Shown: positions 56,701 through 64,000 of the stretch, piece after piece
Numbering within the stretch: the stretch's first letter is position 1
How the letters are laid out: the number at the start of each line of letters is the position of its first letter
Assembly (NCBI GenBank): GCA_004431415.1
Contig: QPMI01000168.1
Coordinates: forward strand, 162,477-226,476
From: Cyanophora paradoxa CCMP329
Lineage: Eukaryota > Plantae > Glaucophyta
Length of the DNA: 64,000 nt
Direction: 5' to 3'
The notes under the pieces: model-generated
Told to the model about the DNA's origin: nothing
Databases searched by the model: none
What the model saw: the letters and a program-made list of their open reading frames with translations, nothing else
Program-made: the position numbers and the translations under genes

Positions 56701-59700
56701 GGGGGAGGACGGGGGGGAGGGGAGCGGGGAGGGGTACCCGAGGGCCGCCTCGCGCAGCCGCAGCGCTTTCTGCGCGGCGCAGAGCTCAGAAAAAGGATTG
56801 AGGGGGGTGAAGACGGGGGTACCGCGTAGAGGGGCTCGGCGTCGGCGTAGCGCCCCTCGAGGAAGCGGAGGAGGCCACTGCGGGGCGCGCCTCAGAGAGA
56901 AGCTCAAGAGTCTAACTAAGGTTTAGGTCAAGGTTTTATATTATTGCAGTTTATCTTATTATCGTATACTATGATAAGGAAGCGGAGGAGACCGCTGCGG
57001 GGCGCCCCTAGAGTCTAAGAGGGGAGGGAGGGAGGGGCGTGGCGGGCCTGTGGGCGGCGGCGTCGGCGAGGGCGGGGGCGCCGGGGTCCAGCGCCGCCTC
57101 CCGGACCCCCATCGCCCGCTGCGGAAGAGGAGAGGCGGGCGCCGTTAGGCAAGGCGCCGCGAGGCGAGAGGTGAGAGGTGAGAGATGAGACGAAAGCAGA
57201 TTTGCGGGTCGTCGTCTCTAACATCGCTTTCATCTACCAAAGTTCTCTCTCTCTTTGGTTTGCATCGTTGAAGGTCAGGAGGGCCGAAGCTAGACGATCT
57301 CGAGCACCATGGGGATCTCTAGATCTATGATCGTGATACAAAGCGCCTGGCTCGCTTGTGCGGGGCCGGGGAAGGGCACCTGGTAGAGGTGGTCCGCCTC
57401 GTCGTACTTGCCCATCTGCGCGCGCGCGCCGCGCGTCAGCTGCAGCCGGGCCCGGCCCCAGCGAGCCTGAGCGAGCAAACGCAAGCCACTGGGCCAAGTC
57501 CTCGCCCCCCGCCGCTCCTCCCCGCCCTCTCGCCGCACCTGGAGGCGGACCCAGGCGCGGGTGTCGAGGGCGGCCGCCACGCCGGGGTGGCCCTTCGGCA
57601 GATTCGCCTCCCGCAGCGCCAGCGCCCGCTGCGGGGCCGGCGCGAGGCGGTTGGATCGGAGCCGGCGGGCCGGGGCGGGGCGCGGGGCTCGAGGACGGAC
57701 GGCGGAGAGCTGGTCGGCCTCGGGGTACCGCGCCCAGAGCACGCTGCGGGGCGCCTCAGGCCGGCGCGGCGCGTCGAAGCGGCTCTTAGGGGCCCATCTC
57801 GTGGCACTAGATCCAGAGGCTCGAGCCCCGCGGGCTCAAGCCCCTAGCTCTAGATCCAAGCTCGAAGGCTCGCTCGGGCGCGGGCGCGGGGCGGGGCTGG
57901 CGCACTAGAGGCGGGCGAGGGCGTCAGCGGGCTGGGCGACGGCCTCGTGGCCCTCCCCGAAGACCGCCTCCCGCACCGTCACCGCCCGCTGCAGGAGAAG
58001 CGGAGGGGGGGGCGGGTTAGAGTGAGGGGCGGGCGCGAGGGGCGCGCGCGGGAGTCTGAACGGCACCTTGTAGAGATCCTAGACTAGATCCTAGATTAAA
58101 CGAAACTAAAACTTCATCCTAGATCAGGAGTGGGCGGCACCTTGTAGAGGCCCTCGGCGTCGGCGGGGCGCCAGAGGGCGACGCGGAGGGCGGCCAGCGC
58201 GCAGAGCGTCGCCGCCACGTCCGTGTGCACCACCTGCCCCGGGGGCGTGGGTGGGGAGGCTAGGCGGGCGGGATGCGCGGCTTCTATCGGGTCTGTCGGA
58301 CGAGGAGGAGGAGAAGGAGAGGAGGCGGGCGTGTGCACCACCTGCCCCGGGGGGCGTGGGGCGAGGAGGAGGCGCGTAGGAGGAGGAGGAGGGGAGGGGG
58401 AGGAGAAGGAGAGGAGGCGGGCGGGGGCCATGGAGGGCCGATGGAGGCCCCGCGGATCGGGCATCGGGTCCGTCGAAGGAGGAGGAGGAGGGGAGGGGGA
58501 GGGGGCGTGGGCGGGGGGCGAGAGGGCGGGGAGGGTCGAGGGCGGGGCGGGCGCACGCCGATGGAGGCCTCGCGGAGGGAGAGGGCGCGCAGCAGCAGCT
58601 CGTCCGCCTCCCGGTACGACCCCTGCGCACGCGCGCACACCCGCTCAGCCCCGCCGCCCCGCAGCCAGCCCCGTGCCTGAGGGGGGCCGGGCGGCCGCGC
58701 GAGGGCTTGCTCCCTCGCTTGGTCCCTCCCTCGTTCTTCGCCATCCGCTGTCTTCGCCATCCCTCTCCCCCGCCCCGCCCCGCCCCGCCCCATGCGGACC
58801 TGGGCGAGGCGGAGCTCGCCGGCGGCGTGGAGGGCGTCGGCGAGCTCCTCCACGGCCGTCTCCGCACGCGTCTCCCGCAGCGCCCGCGCCCGCTGCAAGG
58901 CGAGGCCGTGGGCGAGGCGTTGGGCGGGAAGGCGGGTGGCTAGAAGCGGGCCGCGGGGCGAGGCGGGGGGCGAGGCGGTGGGCGGGGGCTAGAAGCGGGC
59001 CGCGGGGGAGGGGGGGGGATGCGGGGTGGCGTCCTCGAAGCCGGCGTCCTCGAAGTGTCGAAGCCGGCGTCCTCCTATCTTTGCGGGGCGGGGCGGGGCG
59101 GCCGGCTTCGCACCGGGATCAACGAGGCGGCGGCGGGGAGGTCGCCGCGGGCGAGGGCGACGAGGCCGTCCGCCAGCACCTCCCGCGCCATCGCCAGCTG
59201 GGGAAGGGGGGGGGGGGGGGGGGGGTAAGGGGTCAGCACTGGGAGACGAGGCGCTCGGGACCCTTGAAGGCTCTGACTTAGGCAAGGCGGGTGAGGGGGG
59301 GGGCACGAGGAGACGCCCCGCACACTCTACGCCCGCTCGGATCGGGCTCTCTAGCACCCCCGGAGCCGGGGGTACTGGCAAGCCCGGAGGCTAGGCGATG
59401 CGGAGGGCGGCGGAGGCGTGCACGGCGTAGGAAGGAAGGAAACGAGGGAACCAGATCCCCAGCTAAGAGCGGGCGGCCGGGGCGTGGCGGAGGCGCTAGG
59501 CGAGCTCCCGTTCCAGAAGCGGCGGCGTCCCCCGTTCTCTCGCTTACGCATGAGTGCGCGCACCTCGTTGGATGCGATGTGGAGGTCGGAGGCGTCGCGC
59601 GCGGCGGCCCGCGCCTCCCGCGCCCGCCGCAGGAGCGGCTCCGCGGCCGCGAACTCGCCCCGCTGCAGCCGGAGCGACGCCAGCTCCTCCACGTCTGCAA

Positions 59701-62700
59701 ACGAAGGGGCTGCTCGAAAGGGAGGTAGGGGAGGGGGAAGGGAGGGGGGTACCGGACAGGAGCGCGCGCTCGTCGGCGCCGAGGCGCCTGGAGAGCTCGA
59801 GGGCGCGCGTGAGGAGGTTCGCGGCCTCGCCGGTGCAGGCCGGGCCGCCGGTGAGCCGCAGGACGCCGGCCGCGAGGCGGAAGCACGCGGCCGCCTCCTC
59901 CGCCGAGAGCTTCGAGATGGCGGCCTGTGAGCGGTCTCTTAGACCTTTCTCGAGATCTTTCTTAAGATCTTTCTCGAGATCTTTCTTAAGATCTTTCTTG
60001 GGATCCCTCTCTTAAGATCTTTCTCTCAAGGGCAGACCTCGTAGCGGGCGGCGGCGTCGGCGGGGCGGCCGGTGGCGCGCCAGTGCGACGCGAGCTCGCG
60101 GCGGTGGCGGGGGCCCCCCAGGCGCCTCAGGACGTCCAGCTCGGCCACCAGGCCGTACAGCCGTCCCGCGTCGCTGCGCGCGGTTCGGTCAGCTCAGCCC
60201 GGCGTTGTCTTTGGCGCGGTCTGCCCGCGCACCTGGCGGCGCGGGCGTGGTGGCAGGCGGCGAGGGCCCGCCGCTCGCTCGAGGGCATCATCGCGAAGAA
60301 CTGAGAGCGGATTCAGAAGGGCGGGGCGTCGGAGACAGCCTGGTACAGCCTCGGGTAGGACCTGGGCGAGGTAGGCCTCCCAGCGGCGGGTGCCGGCCGG
60401 CTGGGCGAGCTGGAAGGCTTCCTCGATCGCCCGCAGCGCCGCCCCCTGGTCCACCGACCACAGGCCCCCTGCGAGGAGGGGGTAGGAGGGCGAGGCGGAG
60501 GCGGGGGAGGAGGGCGGGGCGGGGGGTACCGCGGTCGACGACGAAGCCAAGGGCGCGGGCCGTGTGCCAGAAGTCGACGAAGCGCATGAAGGAGGGCGGC
60601 GCCGCCCGCTCCGGCGCCGCCGCCGCCGCCACCTGCCCGAGGAGGACCTCGGACCTCGGAAGGGGGGGGAGGGAGGCTGGGGGGGGGGTACCTCGCCCAC
60701 GCCGACGCCGCAGAGGATGTGCAGCTCCGACTCGCTGCCGTTCAGATCTTTAGAAGAGGACAGACGAGGAGGAGCGCTCGAGGGGGCGGGGCGGGCGGCT
60801 CGCCTGATGCCGTCGCGCGCGCGGGCGGCGGCGCAGAGCGCGACGCGGACCGTCGCGTCGCCCAGCGACGCCGTCCACCCCCGGATCTGATCGATCCGGC
60901 GATTCGACAGTTATTTAGTTAGTAAATTATTTAGTTAGTTAGTTAGCTTGTTGAAAAGAAGGGCGCGCCACGGCGGCGTAGACGGACTGGGCGTCCGGGA
61001 GGCGGAGGACCTCCCGCACGGCGGCCTCGGCGGCGGCGGGGTCGGCGGCGAAGCGGGCCGTCTCGAGGGCGAGGAGGAGGAACAGCGGGCTCCCGCACTG
61101 CGGCGCGGAGAGGAGGAGCTCGCGGGCCGCGGGGGGCGGGCCCCCGTTGGCCCGCTCCGCGTGCGCCGCGATGAGCGCCTCCCGCTGGGCCCGGCCCAGC
61201 GGGGGTACGTGGTACACGACCGCCGACCCAGCCCCCGCCCCGCCGCCGCCCTCGCCCTCCCCCGGCCCTGCAGAAGAAGTTGGCGGCCGGGGCGCGCGCC
61301 GAACGGGCGGGCGGGCGGGCGGCGCACCGGCGGTGGAGGAGAGGACGATGCGGAGGGCGGCGGTGCACTTGGGGACCCAGAAGGCGCGCAGGTGGGCGGG
61401 CTGGAAGGCCTCGGCCCCGTCGACGACGAGGAGGAGCGGGGCGGGGAGGCGCCCCGCGGCGGCGCCGAGCCAGTTGCGGAAGCGGGTGGCCGCCTCGGGC
61501 TCCCCGGGGGCCCCCTCGAGGTCGGCCTCCGGGCCCGCCGGGAAGCGGATGCGCACCTCCTCGTAGACGCGCTGGAAGAAGGGGCGCAGGCCCGTCGCCC
61601 CCGGCGCGCGCCCCACGTGGTGCACCACCACCTGCGCCCGCCCGCAAAGAAGTCAAGCGGCGCCCGGCGCGCAGTCCCCTCCGGGGCGAGCGCGCCTGCG
61701 TGCCGGGGCGCCGGTCCGCCCACGAGGCGGCCCAGTTCGCGAGCAGCGCTGCGGGGCCGTCGGACAGGCCCGAGCAATCCGAGAGGCGGGGCGCGGGGGC
61801 GCGCACCGCTCTTGCCGGCGCCCGACTCGCCGACGACGTAGAGCGGCTCCGGGGAGCGCCCCTCCGCGTACCCGTCCAGCTCCTTCCCGCCCCGCCCCGC
61901 CCCGCTCAGCCCGGGGCGGCGGGGCGGCGGGCGGCGGGCGGGGCGGGGCAGCTCGGGCACCTTGTAGGAGTCCGGGGCGCGGACGAAGGCAAGGCGGCGG
62001 GTCTCCCCGTAGGCCCCGTGCTGCGCCCGCTGCCGCTCCAGCCAGGGCGCCGCCTCGCCCCCCTGGGGGTAGTCCCGGGCAACCATCTGGAGACGGGGCG
62101 GCGTGAGCGGGGCAGGGGGGCGCCCGACCCTGGACGAACAACCTTCCCCCCCCCCCGCGCCCCTGTACCCCCCGCGCACGGCGAGGACGTCCTCGTGGAG
62201 CATCGCGGCGAGCTCCTCCGCGCTCCCGTACTCCCGCACCCGCATCCGCTGGCCCCTGCCCGGCGCGCGTCAGGCCCCGAGCGGGCGGAGGGGGGCGGGG
62301 CGCCGGCGCGCTCCGCTCGCACCGAATCTCGGACTTGAGGGCGGTGAGGCGGGCGGCGGCGTGCGCGTCCTCGTCCCCGCCGCTCGCGTGGCGGTCCGCC
62401 GCGACCAGCGCCCCCGTCGCGAAGTAGAAGGCGCTCGCCGCCCGCCGCGCCTGCTCGGAGCGCTCGGAGCTGGGGGGGGTACGGGGCGGGGAGGGGCGTA
62501 CCCCCGGGTCGTTGAGGGCGCCGAATCGGACCTCGACCTCGCTGAACGCCTGCTTGGAGCACGCCCGCGCCCCCGGGAACTCCCCGTACGCCCTCCCGAA
62601 CGACCTGGGGGGGTTAGGGGTTATGAGGCGGGGGGGTACGGGGTGGTTCGGGGGGGGGGGGGAATCGCACAGGGCGAGGAGCTCGTCCTTGGCCCGGCCG

Positions 62701-63924
62701 GGGGTCTGCTGCCACCTGGGGGGGGGCAAGGGGGAGGGTAAGGGATTGCAGTTGGCGAGGCGGGAGGGGTACGGGGCCGCACCCGTAGCGCCCCTTGAGG
62801 ATGCCCACGAAGTAATCGCTCTTGGACACCTCGCGGAGGGAGAGGAGAAGCAGCTGACGGGTACCGCATTAGACTGCGGGGAGGAGGGCGGGGTGGGGGG
62901 GGGGGGGGGGGGGGAGGTAGCGCGCCTTCCCCGCGCGGGCGTCCGCCTCATCGAGCCCCTGGAGGCCCCACCTGGACGGAGGGGTATGAAAACTACGGAA
63001 AAGGGTCGCGGGGGTACCCGGCGCCACCTGAGGTCCACGGGTACGAAGAAAAGGTCCTTCTCGTAGAGCGTGCGCCAGAGGCGGGGTACCGCGTGTCGGA
63101 AGACCTGCGGGCGGCGGCGCTGAGGGCGGCGCGGCGCGGACGGGAGCGCGGCGCGCACGGCCTCCCGTTCGGCCATCATGTAAAGGTCGCCTGCGGGGCG
63201 GGCCGGGCGTGAGATGTTGATGTACGAACGGGCGGGGCGGGCGGGCGGGCGGGCAGGTGGGCGGGCGGGCGCACGGGAGCGGAAGGTGCTCGTGCTCGAG
63301 AAGAAGACTTTGACGGTGCGCCCGTCCGGGACGCGCTCCCGGGGCGCGTAGCGGTCGAGCGCGAGGCCCAGGCGCAGCGCGACCGACGCCGCGCTCTCCG
63401 CCGACGGCGAGCCGCTGCGATCCATCGACGCCGTCGATCCGAACGCCGCCGCGGCCCCCTCGAGCTTGTCGCTCCCCGACTTCTTCAGCGCGCCGCGCAT
63501 CTCGGCGAGCTGGTGCCGGGGGGAAGCGTGTGCGCTGCCGGGACGCGCAAGCCGCTGCGCTTGTGAGGACTCGACGGGCTGCTGCGCCGCCGCGCTGTGC
63601 TGCGCCGAGCTGCGCTGTTGCTGTGCTGCAGAGCTCACGGTGTGGTCAGTTCGGGCGCTTGAGCGGCTGTGCTGTAAGCGAAGAGGCGGCGGTCGATGAC
63701 GAGAGAGGGAAAGTGCGCTGAACCCAGCGGACGCGCCCCTCAGCTTGATGCAGCGCGCGCGGCGTACCGATCGACGACGATGCGCCGCTCGCCACCGCCA
63801 GGCCAGGCAATAGACGCCTCCTCGATCGCTCGGGACCTTTCCTAGGCTCCGGCGTGGCTAGCTGGAAGAGGTTGAAGTCGACAGGGGGATACACGTTCTT
63901 CGTCGCCCAGCTTGCTCGAGCCAC
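53787..63924 (-). CDS. DUF4062-like/NACHT/TPR protein (nephrocystin-3/TEP1-like STAND NTPase); 5' end uncertain
   Basis: VKVFFSST...AERE...VDLRW...YFVGILKGRYG; Walker A VVGESGAGKS; Walker B LLVVDG; GSPLFL; many KLC-type TPRs (LGEKHPDVAK, LGASHPETASSLSN, LGRAHEDT). Confidence 0.85.
59936..60025. repeat. Intronic 12-bp tandem repeat (AGATCTTTCTyr)
   Basis: gagatctttctt aagatctttctc gagatctttctt aagatctttctt plus degenerate copies on both sides. Confidence 0.75.
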
Positions 63925-64000
63925 GGTGGGCGGGGGCCCCAGCCGGCTCGCAAATCGCGAGGGAGTCGTCGCGAGCGTGGCAGCCGCGTGACTCGCAGCC

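Noticed and set aside
53635-63700. Many long Arg/Gly/Pro-rich overlapping ORFs (also at 25-40 kb)
   Set aside because: Shadow frames caused by stop-codon scarcity in very GC-rich DNA; explained by the spliced genes.

Overview
Gene-dense genome segment of a GC-rich, flagellated eukaryote with many short (~45-75 nt) introns. The host is an unidentified protist; two N-termini with an early Phe look like plastid transit peptides, so an alga such as a glaucophyte is a guess. From 1 to 34 kb lie housekeeping genes: GIGYF-like 3' end, CDP-DAG synthase, mTERF, ZNHIT2, TBL3/UTP13, RPB7, NUF2, ZC3H15 with two intronic C/D snoRNAs, PP2C, reticulon, IFT81, IFT20 and RPS6. The standout feature is an intact, AT-rich, intronless 10.8-kb endogenous DNA virus at 41433-52239. 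It has 507-bp inverted repeats with AG...CT termini and a 5-bp target-site duplication (GCATG). Its seven genes are an rve integrase with a DD(38)D triad, a 1352-aa vOTU/pPolB/SF1-helicase/HNH fusion, two basic proteins, a penton, a double jelly-roll capsid whose motifs resemble Nucleocytoviricota capsids, and an A32 packaging ATPase; no maturation protease is evident. The virus interrupts an exon of a host coiled-coil gene that also carries a nonsense codon. It sits between two immune-receptor-like genes: a triple-LRR plus SARM1-like TIR gene on the left and a DUF4062/NACHT/TPR gene on the right. Host gene boundaries were inferred by eye and are approximate; no database searches were run.
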